Assembly (NCBI GenBank): GCA_964371705.1
Contig: CAYJNH010000001.1
Span: forward strand, 1-62,100
DNA length: 62,100 nt
From: an uncultured Muribaculaceae bacterium
GTDB lineage: Bacteria; Bacillota_I; Bacilli_A; RF39; UBA660
Direction: 5' to 3'
The translations under genes were made by a program, and so were the position numbers. Shown one piece after another: positions 1-10,200 of the stretch. The notes below the pieces were generated by a model. The model searched no databases and was not told where the DNA came from. It saw only the letters and a program-made list of their open reading frames with translations. The stretch's first letter is position 1; every line of letters begins with the position of its first letter.

Positions 1-192
1 GAAATGGAATACATAAGTGATTTTAATGAATTATTAAAATATAATGTTATGACGGTTCCAGCTTTAATAATAGATGAAAAAGTTGTATCAGTAGGAAAAA
101 AATTAAATCAAAAAGAAATAGAATCATTATTAAGTGGAAATAATGATTCTTGTGACAGTTCATGTTCTTCATGCAATTGTGATTGCAAATAA
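1..192 (+). CDS. small thioredoxin-fold protein (redox-active disulfide protein 2 / Thioredoxin_3 type), C-terminal part; 5' end is outside the window
   Basis: The ORF is open to the window edge. YNVMTVPALIIDEKVVSVGKK resembles the C-terminal strand-helix of small glutaredoxin-like thioredoxins. It ends in an unusual Cys-rich tail, CDSSCSSCNCDCK, with a TAA stop. Confidence 0.5.
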   Translation, partial: EMEYISDFNELLKYNVMTVPALIIDEKVVSVGKKLNQKEIESLLSGNNDSCDSSCSSCNCDCK

Positions 193-220
193 AAAATTGT
201 GTTTTTTATCACAATTTTTT
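191..220. terminator. bidirectional rho-independent terminator candidate between convergent genes
   Basis: Inverted repeat aaaaaattgtg (191-201) / cacaatttttt (210-220), with A and T runs on both sides. Confidence 0.5.
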
Positions 221-484
221 TTATGAATTAGAATTTTCTAACTCATCTTCAAGTTTATTTATTTCTTCACTTATTTTTGTACTTTCAGCGTTTTCTAGTT
301 GATACCAATTATTATTGTAAGCAAAATAATATAAATCTTTAGCTGTTTTACTAACATCTTTAAACATTGCAAAATATTTTTTATAAATATTATCACAACT
401 AGCTTCATTTAAACTAATAGCCATATTAACAGTCATATTTTTTTCTGATGCTAATATGTCAAATAAATAATATTTGTCATTCAT
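221..484 (-). CDS. CotF-like (Coat F domain) spore coat protein
   Basis: 87 aa helical protein. DILASEKNMTVNMAISLNEAS...LYYFAYNNNWYQL resembles the Coat F domain pattern. Its start overlaps the stop of the upstream gene at 484. Confidence 0.5.
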   Translation of the reverse strand: MNDKYYLFDILASEKNMTVNMAISLNEASCDNIYKKYFAMFKDVSKTAKDLYYFAYNNNWYQLENAESTKISEEINKLEDELENSNS

Positions 485-744
485 TATTTGCTTTCCTCCT
501 TTAAAATAGCAATAATTGTATTTGCATGATTAGTATGCATATCAATTAAACTAGAGAAAATAGTTTTCATATCTTCATCAGTAACCTCATTTATATATAA
601 TTTTAATTTGTTAATTATAATTAAATTCCAGTTAAACATATCACTAAGATAAGATAAATCTTTAGTACTAACCATATTAGGTGTTTTGTTCATAATCATT
701 TCCTTTCTAAGAATATTATGTATAAAAAAAACTGATTTATTCAT
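484..744 (-). CDS. hypothetical small helical protein, translationally coupled to the CotF-like gene
   Basis: 86 aa ORF in an operon-like minus-strand array. No motif recognised. An internal Met (MIMNKTPN) may be the true start. Confidence 0.35.
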   Translation of the reverse strand: MNKSVFFIHNILRKEMIMNKTPNMVSTKDLSYLSDMFNWNLIIINKLKLYINEVTDEDMKTIFSSLIDMHTNHANTIIAILKEESK

Positions 745-1567
745 CAGTTTTTTCTTTGTGATTTAATTTGTAAAGATTTATTGAAGGTGTATTAAATAAT
801 CTAAAAGGATATTTTTCAACTCCTAAACCATTAGAAACAAATATATGTGCATAATCACTAGATGATGGATAATGCATGTCAGTATATTTTTTAGCATTTT
901 CTTTATTTATAATCGGTCCAAAAAAAGGTAATCTAACTGATCCTCCAAGAGAATGACCACTTACAAATACATTAACTGTACCTTTAACTTTATCAATTAA
1001 ATCAGGTTCATGTATTAAAGTAATATTATAATTAGAAGTTATATTTTCATCTATTTTATAAATATCATCAGCATTAATATCCGTTATACCAGTAATAACT
1101 ATAGGGTCATTGCTATCATAAAATAAAGTATAAGATTCATTATCAAGGAATATAAAATTACTGTCATCCAAAATAGTTTTATAAGAATCAATATTTTTTA
1201 AATCATTGTCACCAGCAATAGCAAATTTATGTAATGAAACTTCTATATTTTTCAAACCTTCTATAATTTTTTCTTGCTCATTATCACTTAGTTTATACGT
1301 ATTATCAATTAAATCTCCAGTAAAAAATACTATATCAGGTTTTAATTTATTAATATCTACAATTAATTCCTCAAATTTTTTAATTGAATTATATTCATTA
1401 AACAAAACATCTGAAAAATGAACTATTTTTAAATCATTAAATGATGATGGAATATTCTCACTAGAAATAGTATATTGATTTATAGTAAATTCATTTATAG
1501 CTAAAAATCTAGAGTATAAAACAAATCCTACAATAACTATAATAACTAATAAAATTAATTTTTTCAT
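737..1567 (-). CDS. membrane-anchored metallophosphoesterase (calcineurin-like, YkuE-like)
   Basis: N-terminal TM helix. Phosphoesterase motifs HFSDVL, TGDLID, GDND, HEPD and GHSLGG appear in the canonical order. Confidence 0.8.
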   Translation of the reverse strand: MKKLILLVIIVIVGFVLYSRFLAINEFTINQYTISSENIPSSFNDLKIVHFSDVLFNEYNSIKKFEELIVDINKLKPDIVFFTGDLIDNTYKLSDNEQEKIIEGLKNIEVSLHKFAIAGDNDLKNIDSYKTILDDSNFIFLDNESYTLFYDSNDPIVITGITDINADDIYKIDENITSNYNITLIHEPDLIDKVKGTVNVFVSGHSLGGSVRLPFFGPIINKENAKKYTDMHYPSSSDYAHIFVSNGLGVEKYPFRLFNTPSINLYKLNHKEKTDE

Positions 1568-2286
1568 AAAGTTCCTCCTAAAATTATAAAAATAATTGCG
1601 ACTATATTATGTATCATATGCAAGGTGACAGAAGTCCATATATTGTTAGTTTTATGGTGCATTATTGCAAATGCAGCTCCTAAAATAGCATAAGGTATAA
1701 TATATATTAAACTGGCACCCATGACATGTATATAACCAAATAAAAGTGCACTGGTTATAATGTAATATTTTGTGTTGAAAAATGCATTTCTTATATTTAA
1801 TCTAAATATAATTTCTTCATTGAATGGAGCAATTATTCCCATAGTCAAGAATGATGCTAAAAATGTATTGGATAGTAAAGTTCTATTGCCTTCCTCGTTA
1901 GCAGCAATGTCACCAGTAAGAAAAACAATAATATAGTTAATAATCATCATTAAAACAAAACCTATTAACCACCATTTTAATCCTAAAACAAAGTCTTTGC
2001 CTTTAAAATTATCTAGGTCACTTACTATTTTTTTCCTAAAAATAATAAATAAAATAAAACCAAGTAATAAATATGAAAAAAGAAAATAAATAGTATCACT
2101 AATAAATACAGCAAAAATACTGTTCAAAATAGCACTAGAAAAAAAGTATCCTATTACATATAAAATACTTACTAAAATTTTATATTTATTTTTTTGTTCA
2201 CTAATTTTACTCATATAAATAAATATATCATATATAAGCAGTTTTATCAATTTATAATTGAATATAAAAAAGATATATGATAACAT
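1564..2286 (-). CDS. CPBP family intramembrane glutamic endopeptidase (CAAX protease-like)
   Basis: Polytopic membrane protein with FNEEIIFR, then GYIHV and HMIHN motifs. It overlaps the downstream gene with ATGA. The true start may be the internal Met at 2214 (MSKISEQ), which would leave room for divergent promoters. Confidence 0.7.
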   Translation of the reverse strand: MLSYIFFIFNYKLIKLLIYDIFIYMSKISEQKNKYKILVSILYVIGYFFSSAILNSIFAVFISDTIYFLFSYLLLGFILFIIFRKKIVSDLDNFKGKDFVLGLKWWLIGFVLMMIINYIIVFLTGDIAANEEGNRTLLSNTFLASFLTMGIIAPFNEEIIFRLNIRNAFFNTKYYIITSALLFGYIHVMGASLIYIIPYAILGAAFAIMHHKTNNIWTSVTLHMIHNIVAIIFIILGGTL

Positions 2287-2309
2287 TATTATAAGAGAGT
2301 AGGTACCAT

Positions 2310-3017
2310 ATGAAAAAATTGTTTTTGCTAATACTTATAATAATACCAACTACAATAAACGCAGCTTGTACATATGAACAGCAAGCAGATTTAAGAGAAG
2401 AAGCTTCATTAATTGAAATAAGTTATGAAGAAATGGAAAGAGAAATAAATTCAAATGAATATATTCAGACAGAAGGTCAATTAAATAATGAAGGCTCAGA
2501 TGCTCCAGTAATTATAATAGAAAATTATTTTGACATTAATATTTTGAACTTAAGTGAAGAATTGTATATTGAAGTAACAAATGATATAGACGACTCTATT
2601 ATCACAATAAGCAAAAATAATGATGATCAAATTTACCAGTTCGAACACAATAAATTGACAAATGTTTACACATACACTTTTCAGATTTATGGTTCAGAAA
2701 ATTCAAGTTGCGAAGGTGAAATTTTTAAAGTAGTGTATTTAAAAGTTCCAAAATTGAATGAATACTATAATTACGATGCTTGTAATATACATAAAAATGA
2801 AGATGTTTGTCAAAAGTATACTACATTAGAAAATATAAGCATAGACAAATTTTATGAAACTATAAACTCAATTAATATTAATGGTGATAATACAAATATA
2901 CCAGAAAAACATGATGAATTAGAAAAAAATAATTATATAATCTATATTATTTTTGGTACAGGCGCTATATTAATAACAATTGCTAGTATAGTAATTGTTA
3001 AAAAGAAAAGGACATAA
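2310..3017 (+). CDS. module 1 gene A: Sec-signal protein with conserved cysteines and a C-terminal TM anchor (paralog of 6525..7256)
   Basis: Signal peptide MKKLFLLILIIIPTTINA. C-terminal TM helix plus basic tail VKKKRT. Clear homology to 6525..7256 (shared C.YE(Q/E)QA, YFDI.ILN, CQKYTT). Confidence 0.6.
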   Translation: MKKLFLLILIIIPTTINAACTYEQQADLREEASLIEISYEEMEREINSNEYIQTEGQLNNEGSDAPVIIIENYFDINILNLSEELYIEVTNDIDDSIITISKNNDDQIYQFEHNKLTNVYTYTFQIYGSENSSCEGEIFKVVYLKVPKLNEYYNYDACNIHKNEDVCQKYTTLENISIDKFYETINSININGDNTNIPEKHDELEKNNYIIYIIFGTGAILITIASIVIVKKKRT

Positions 3018-3020
3018 ATT

Positions 3021-5978
3021 ATGAAAGAAAAACAATTTTACATTATACTAATAACTTTGTTTTTTTTGTTTGCTTTCGCTGGTGAAGTAAAAGCAAATGT
3101 TTCTGTACATACTATTTATGATGTAGCACATGAAAATATAGAAACGGGATTGAGAACACCAAATAAAAGTTATTCATGGAAAACAACTGACGTAACAAAT
3201 AAAAATGGAAATCCTTATATAAAAGATGAAAGTCATACTACAAATCATTCATATACAACAAAGAAATATAGTATGACAGTTAATGGTAAAATATATTATC
3301 TATATTGTTTGGATGCTAACTTAAATTCTGTGACAAGAAATGCATACTACCCAGAATATCAATTGTTTTATCATGAAAATTTAGAATCACAAGCTTATGA
3401 TGCTGGTATGTTAGAAATTTTGTCAAAAGGTTATCACAGAGATAATACGAGTTATTCTGGCATCTCAGGAAACGATTTTTATTATGCAACTATGATTGCT
3501 CTTAGAGCCTATAGTGTAGGTTTTTGGAATAAAGGAGAAAATACTTTTACAGGTTCTTATCCTGAATATGCAATAATTGCAGGGAATTATGGAGCATACT
3601 GGGCAGCAAATGCTCCAACAGGGATTGTAGCTGACTCTATAGGTCATTTAAGTAATAGAACAAATGGTGGAATTAAATTATATAATAGGTACTTAAATTC
3701 AGGTGTTCCAACAAGACCAGGGACTAATTTTTATTTCGCAGAAGATTATAAGGAAAATATTATAGATACAGCAAAGTATTTATTTTATTCAGGCATTGTA
3801 GCAGCTGAAGAACATGCTGCAAAATATGGGCAAAATGTAACTCCAGAAAAAAGTGGTACTATTTCAGACCCGGTAATGCATGAGTCTAAAATTACATTAA
3901 ATAATGAAGGTTTCAAAGAAATAACAAGAACATACACTATGAATGCAACAGATTTTAGTAATGGTAAAATTACTAGTTTTAATATAGAAAAAGACTTAAG
4001 TAGCGAAATGAATATTACGTCTCAAATTTATAAAATAGATGGAAGTGAAGTTCCTTCATTAATCAATGTAGATTTATCGACTAATCCGAAAATAGAAATA
4101 ATATTAAAAATAGAGGCGCTAAAAACAGAAGATTGCAGTAATTTTAATTATAAAATTAATTATGAATATAGTTCGGAAAATACTACAGAGTCAGCAGGTG
4201 GCGGTGGTTACATAAGAGACAATGGAACACAAAAATTATATTTTTATGATGCAGATGTTTCTTCAGGTGGATCAGAAACTAGTTCAACAGAAAAATCAAT
4301 AAATGCAAACATAAATTTATGTCCCATATCATGTGATATAGAAGCAAGTTTTAAAAATGATTGTCAGAATTTAGATGAAGATTTACATAGTATAGGGTAT
4401 ATCAAAGAAGAAACCAATATAGTAAATTGTGTAATTAATAATTTAGATGAAGCAGGAAATAGTTATGTTGCCACAGGATGTGAATTTACAGATGGAAATA
4501 TTTTAATACCTGATGAAAATTCTTCAGCAGAATTATTAAACAATAATCCTTATTGTAGTATATCTTGTAAAGAAGATTACACAGATATAAGATATCCTGG
4601 AAAACAAATTGTGCAGGCAGGAAGATATTTTACAATTGGTGCAGAAATATCAGGTACTAAAAGTTGTTATACTGATGTAATAGATAAAGATTTATATGAA
4701 GAAAATATTCAAGATATATTAGATAGCATTAGGCCGTTAGAAGAAATAAAAGCGGAAATAGAATTAGAAACAAAAAAATTAAATGCATGTAGTACATGGG
4801 AAATAGATTTCAAACAAACTCCAGAAATAAAATATAGTTATAATTCTGGATACATAGATTTATTAAAAGGTACAGACGACGAATATTTGAATTTGTCATC
4901 ACAGGAACTAGATTCTCCAAATGTATTATATTGTACTGGGGAACTAAAAAGTGATGAATATAACGAATGTGCTTCCTCGACAACGCCAAATGTAAGTACT
5001 AAAAATTATAATTATAATGGAAGTACAATTTCTGTGTCAGTCAATCAAGCAAAATACTACAAATACAGTACAAGTAAAATCATGAGTTTCAGTACACCAA
5101 AAGTATTTTATACAATAGTAGGTAGTGGAGATATAACTTATGGAAAACCAGCAGACACAGAATCAATACAAATAGATGGACTACCTTTAAAAATAGAAGT
5201 ACCAACAGGGTTATATAATTTCGAATTTTTCATAGATGGTTTAGGAAGTTATTATGGAGATGACAATAATTGTGAATTAGGAAGATTAATAGATTCTGAT
5301 ACTACAAAAGATTCAGTTGATGAAACATTATCCCCAACAGTATTTAAAGCAGACTATTTATGTGAGTATGAACATCCTTATATACCTACAGAAGAATGCG
5401 TAGATTGTGAAACTGGAGGAACATTAAATATTTGCCCAAATTGTATAGTAACAATCGGGGGATTATACTTTAGAGTTTATTCTTCAAATAATTTTGAACC
5501 TAATCCCAATAGAGATTTAGGTTATAACTGGAGTTATAACTATCAAACTAATGATATCTATGGATTCGTTGCAAATAAAGCAGCAATAACACTAGGTTAT
5601 GATCATCGATATGAAATAACTAATGATTTTGGAATACTAATCGAAGGTGAAGAAATATATGCAGAAACTCCAGTATTACGAGTTAATTTAACACCAGAAG
5701 TAGCAAATTATGTAAGAAATTACAATAATAGTGAATCAAGTTATACCAACAATACATTAGAGTGTTATGACTATACAGAAAATGGTGTAGTTTATGAAAA
5801 TGTATTTTGCTACAGTGAATTTTTAGATGATTTACAAGAAGATAACTCAACATTTGTTGAATTTGATTCAAGACCTTTAGACAATAGAGAAAAAAGTTCA
5901 TCGGGATATTTTGAAACTTTCACTGAAGGTATACCTGCGATAGGTCCAACAAGTGTTGGTGGACCATCGTGGAAGTAA
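3021..5978 (+). CDS. module 1 gene B: giant Cys-rich secreted protein (985 aa), paralog of 7256..10441
   Basis: Sec signal ...FAFAGEVKA. Blocks conserved with the paralog include NPYCSISCKEDY, GTKSCYTD, LNACSTWE and CVDCE.GGTLNICPNCIVTIG.LYFRVYSSNNF. Both share the C-terminus PTSVGGPSWK. No LPXTG motif or C-terminal TM helix. Confidence 0.7.
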   Translation: MKEKQFYIILITLFFLFAFAGEVKANVSVHTIYDVAHENIETGLRTPNKSYSWKTTDVTNKNGNPYIKDESHTTNHSYTTKKYSMTVNGKIYYLYCLDANLNSVTRNAYYPEYQLFYHENLESQAYDAGMLEILSKGYHRDNTSYSGISGNDFYYATMIALRAYSVGFWNKGENTFTGSYPEYAIIAGNYGAYWAANAPTGIVADSIGHLSNRTNGGIKLYNRYLNSGVPTRPGTNFYFAEDYKENIIDTAKYLFYSGIVAAEEHAAKYGQNVTPEKSGTISDPVMHESKITLNNEGFKEITRTYTMNATDFSNGKITSFNIEKDLSSEMNITSQIYKIDGSEVPSLINVDLSTNPKIEIILKIEALKTEDCSNFNYKINYEYSSENTTESAGGGGYIRDNGTQKLYFYDADVSSGGSETSSTEKSINANINLCPISCDIEASFKNDCQNLDEDLHSIGYIKEETNIVNCVINNLDEAGNSYVATGCEFTDGNILIPDENSSAELLNNNPYCSISCKEDYTDIRYPGKQIVQAGRYFTIGAEISGTKSCYTDVIDKDLYEENIQDILDSIRPLEEIKAEIELETKKLNACSTWEIDFKQTPEIKYSYNSGYIDLLKGTDDEYLNLSSQELDSPNVLYCTGELKSDEYNECASSTTPNVSTKNYNYNGSTISVSVNQAKYYKYSTSKIMSFSTPKVFYTIVGSGDITYGKPADTESIQIDGLPLKIEVPTGLYNFEFFIDGLGSYYGDDNNCELGRLIDSDTTKDSVDETLSPTVFKADYLCEYEHPYIPTEECVDCETGGTLNICPNCIVTIGGLYFRVYSSNNFEPNPNRDLGYNWSYNYQTNDIYGFVANKAAITLGYDHRYEITNDFGILIEGEEIYAETPVLRVNLTPEVANYVRNYNNSESSYTNNTLECYDYTENGVVYENVFCYSEFLDDLQEDNSTFVEFDSRPLDNREKSSSGYFETFTEGIPAIGPTSVGGPSWK

Positions 5979-6410
5979 GGGGGAAAAATAAATGAAAAGT
6001 GCATACTGGGGATATTGGTTAGTAATATTAGGAGTATTTATCGTAGTGGTAATGCTCCTGGTACAAAACCTAACAACAGGAAATACTCAAAGTTATTCAT
6101 TAATAAAAGAAATAAGTGAAGCATCAATGTTAGATGCGGTTGATTATGGATATTATAGAATATATGGAGAAGCAAAAATAAATAAAGAAAAATTCATGGA
6201 AAGTTTTATAAGAAGAATGGCAGAGTCTACAAGTGGTTCAACAACATACGAAATAGAATTCTATGAAATATATGAATCACCACCAAAAATAAGTGTAAGA
6301 GTATCAAGTAAATCATCTACATTTAATATAGTAGGAGATTCAACAGATTTTGATATAGTAGATAAAATAGATGCTGTATTAGAAGGTAAACCAATCAATG
6401 GATAAAAGGA
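5944..6410. repeat. copy 1 of a 467-bp direct repeat (copy 2 at 10407..10873)
   Basis: By eye the copies are identical base for base, from gtccaacaagtgttggtgg to gataaaagga at a constant offset of 4463 bp. The flanks diverge immediately on both sides. Confidence 0.85.
5992..6405 (+). CDS. module 1 gene C: 137 aa protein with short leader MKSAYWG followed by a hydrophobic helix (possible pseudopilin-like protein)
   Basis: Good RBS (gggggaaaaataaATG). Amino-acid sequence identical to 10455..10868. Confidence 0.6.
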   Translation: MKSAYWGYWLVILGVFIVVVMLLVQNLTTGNTQSYSLIKEISEASMLDAVDYGYYRIYGEAKINKEKFMESFIRRMAESTSGSTTYEIEFYEIYESPPKISVRVSSKSSTFNIVGDSTDFDIVDKIDAVLEGKPING

Positions 6411-6430
6411 TTATTTTAATCTTTTTTTTT
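6405..6430 (+). terminator. weak AT-rich hairpin plus T-run after module 1
   Basis: aaaaggatta / taatctttt stem followed by T9. Present only after copy 1; copy 2 runs straight into the next gene. Confidence 0.35.
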
Positions 6431-6524
6431 GCATCAACAAAGTAAAAACAGGCTTTATTACGACTTGTATTTTATATAATATTATGCTAAAATTAAAGAG
6501 TATATAAGAAAGGCGGAAGATAGA

Positions 6525-7256
6525 GTGAAAAAAACAATTTTAACACTTTTATTACTAATTTTTCCAACAACAATAAGTGCAGCGTCCGAATGTAGTTATG
6601 AGGAGCAAGCAAACTTAACAGATGGAGCAAATTTAATAAAAGTAAGTTATAAAGAAATGGAAGGGATAGTTGATCCAGATACTTATGTGCCTTCAGATGG
6701 AGTTTTAAGTGATCCAGATGCTTTAGAAAATTATGAAAAAACTTATAATTATTTTGATATAGAAATATTAAATATGACAGAAGATTATTATATAGTTATG
6801 AAAAATGACATTAATAGTGACGTTGTTACAATTAATTTTTCAGATTTAAATAATGGTATTTATGTGCATACACAAGAAGATTTACAAAATATATATTCAT
6901 ATACTTTTGAAATATATTCTTCAAGTAGCACTGGGTGTGAAGATGAAGTATACGGCATAAAATATTTAACTACGCCAAAACTTAATTTCTATGCATTATA
7001 TGATGTTTGTGAATCATATCAAGATGAAGCAATTTGTCAAAAATACACTACAATAGAAGGTATGAATGACTCTGATTTTTTTGATAAAATTTCAGATTTA
7101 GATGAACAAAAAGAAACTCAGGCAGAAGATGATCAGGAAAAGGGCGAATCAAGTAATATTATTGGAACTGTAATTTGGTTCATAATTATAACGTTATTAA
7201 TAATCAGTGGGGTTGTTTTATTAGTGATGATGCAAAAAAGAAGGAGAAAATTATAA
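6525..7256 (+). CDS. module 2 gene A: Sec-signal, C-terminally anchored Cys-containing protein (paralog of 2310..3017)
   Basis: GTG start after aaaggcggaag. Signal peptide ...IFPTTISA. C-terminal TM helix plus basic tail QKRRRKL. Confidence 0.6.
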   Translation: MKKTILTLLLLIFPTTISAASECSYEEQANLTDGANLIKVSYKEMEGIVDPDTYVPSDGVLSDPDALENYEKTYNYFDIEILNMTEDYYIVMKNDINSDVVTINFSDLNNGIYVHTQEDLQNIYSYTFEIYSSSSTGCEDEVYGIKYLTTPKLNFYALYDVCESYQDEAICQKYTTIEGMNDSDFFDKISDLDEQKETQAEDDQEKGESSNIIGTVIWFIIITLLIISGVVLLVMMQKRRRKL

Positions 7257-10200
7257 TGAATAAATTTTTAAAATTATTTATAATATCTATTTTTGCATTA
7301 ATTTTAGTTAATGTTCAAAATGTTGAAGCATATTTAACACCAGATAGAAATTATGTTGTACAAGCAGATAAAAGTAATTTTTTTACAGGATTATATTATT
7401 CTACACCTAAAAGTTATGGTGTAGAAAGTGTGCAACATGAAAATGGTATGCCTTATCAAAAAAGTGGTAATGGTTCATATAAATACAATACAACACGATA
7501 TTTCATACAAACAGAAAAAGGACTTACAGCAATATACTGTTTAGATCCTAATTTAGATGGTTCTTTACAAATATCTTATTCAACAGATGCAATGTTTATG
7601 AGAGCTGAGTCTTCTTTAGAACAAAGAAGTTACGAAGCTGGATTAATTGAAATATTAAATAATGGATTTAATAATGTAGGTAATAATTCATATACATATG
7701 ACGGAACTACAATATCAAGCGACGATTACTATTATGCTACTATGTTGGCAGTAAGAGCTTACGCTATAGGTTTTTGGAATTTTGGTTACGGAAACGGTGC
7801 TAATACTGGAACTTATAGACAACATGCTGCAGTTATAGGAAGTTATGGAGAATACTGGGGTAGTCGTACTGGAATTTTAAATTATCCAGAAACAGATGAA
7901 AACAAAACAGCAATATATGATTCGCTTAACATATTAAGTGAAAAATTTAATAATGAAAATGATATGACTACTAGATACGCTAATAGCGGTCTAGGTAAAG
8001 CTTATGATAATTTTTACTTTAATGTTCCATCAGGTGCTGCAGAAAAAACTATAATGTTAGTAGCTAGAGAATTATTTTATGATGGAGTAATTGGTGCTGG
8101 AGAATACGCTGAATCTCAAGAAAATGGTGAAGGTAGTGGTAAATTGGAAATGGGCACAGCAAGTGTTTCATCTACATATATAGATCCAACTACTGAAAAA
8201 CCTAATTTGCCTGAAGATACACAAAAAGCTCCAGAATTCTATCCTTTTGAAGTATATAAAAACATAATAGTAACTATTCCAGAAGATGAAAGTGATACAG
8301 ATGAAGATTCTGATACTGATACTGAAACTGAAGAGGAAAATGATTCATATTACAAAGTAGAATATAGAACTTATTTAATGACTGCTTCAGAATTTGGAGA
8401 AGGTAAAATTACTGCTTTTAGCATTGATTTTCCAGAAAATGAACAAGCAAAATTAAATAAAGTTGATTATTATGTAACAAATGAAGATGGAGTATATGAA
8501 AAAGTGGATACTCTAATTAATTTGGATTTATCAAGTAATCCGAAAATTAAATTTATAATGGAAGTGCAATCAAAAATAGATGGTTTAGTTAAATTTGATG
8601 ATTGTAATAATTCTAAATATACTATTAACTATTCATATGAAACTAAAAATGTTGGTCCAAGTGGAGAAGGGGCATTTTTAGGAAATGGGAATGCAAGTTA
8701 CCAAAGATTTGCGTTATGGGAAGCTGGTACAGATGTGCCGTTTGTAACTATAAATAAAACATATAAACCAGCAGAATGCGAAGTTCCAGAAGAAAAAAAT
8801 TGTGGAACTATAATGGATGTAGCAAATAATTGTACTGAATTTGGAGAAGGAGCATACGGGGATGCAATTAATGTTGGGTCTATTACTGCACCAGAAGATA
8901 TAATAAATTGTGTAGTAAATGGCGAAGATGATGCAGGAAATTCATATACAGCAGAAGGTTGTGCGCTTGATAACGAAAAAAATATATATGTTCCTGAAAC
9001 AACAGAAAACTTATTGACAGACAATCCGTACTGTAGCATTTCATGTAAAGAAGATTACGAATATTTCAAATTTCCAGGAATACAAGAAACACAAAACGGA
9101 AGATATTTCAGTATAGGAGCTGAAATAAAAGGAACAAAAAGTTGTTATACAGATCAAATTGATAAAAATCAATATAATCAAGACATCGAAGAAATAATTA
9201 ATTCTGGAAAGTCTTTTGAAGAAGTAAAAGAAGAAGTTGAAGAAGCAACTGCTAAATTAAATGCATGTAGTACATGGGAAGTTAATTTTAGTCAAAGTCC
9301 AGAAATTGAATATGAATATGATTCAGGATATTTTGATTTAATTCAAAATGATGAGCATAAAGAATTAGATTTAGTATCGCAAGATTTTGAAACGCCAAAT
9401 ACAATGTACTGTGCAGGAGCACTTACAGATGAAAAATATAATAGCTGCAACGGATCTAGTGAAAGAGAATTAAAAGAAGATGTAATACATTATCAAGGTC
9501 AAGAAATAACACTTTCAATTTATACAGCTGATTACTATAAATACAGTTCAACAAAAGTGATGAATTATACTACTCCAAAAGTATTTTATACAGTAATGGG
9601 TACAGGAGATATAATTTATGGTCAAGCTGGAGATGATGATACACTAGTAAATGGGTTACCAGTTAAGGTAGATGTTCCAGAAGGAATGCATAAATTCGAA
9701 TTTAATATTAAAAACCTAGGAAGTTTCTATGATGATAAAAATAATTGTACTACAGGAAGATTGATTGACAGTAGTCCAGATACGGAATCAGTAGCGGATG
9801 TTTTAGGTGTTAATGGATATAAAGGTGATTATACTTGTAGTTATGAAATTCCAGAACCTGAATGTGTAGACTGTGAAGTTGGAGGGACATTAAATATTTG
9901 TCCAAATTGTATAGTAACAATAGGAGATTTATATTTTAGAGTTTATTCATCAAATAACTTTAATCCAAACGACAGAGAATTAGGATATAACTGGAGTTAT
10001 GACTACGATGTTAATGATAAATTTGGATTCGTTATGGAAAAAGCAAATTTAACACTTAAAGGTGAAAATGGAATTGAAGAACTTAAAGAACAAGCTTATG
10101 AAAATGATCCTATTTTAACTGTAAGTTTAACACCAGATATGGCTGATGAAATCAGAGATTATAATAGTAATAATAGTTACACTAATAGTACACTTGTATG

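Noticed and set aside
7175-7255. N-terminal 27-codon extension of the second giant protein, as given in the ORF track.
   Set aside because: The extension lies inside the upstream gene and has no signal peptide character. The ATG at 7256 has an AAGGAG RBS and yields a canonical signal peptide.
8698-9039. 113 aa minus-strand ORF, and similar antisense ORFs in the track (for example 11951-12268, 17191-17601, 18012-18500, 38659-39024, 43901-44251, 46743-47174, 57450-57852 and 59101-59384).
   Set aside because: All lie entirely within longer, motif-supported genes on the opposite strand. They lack RBSs and have skewed low-complexity composition typical of shadow ORFs.
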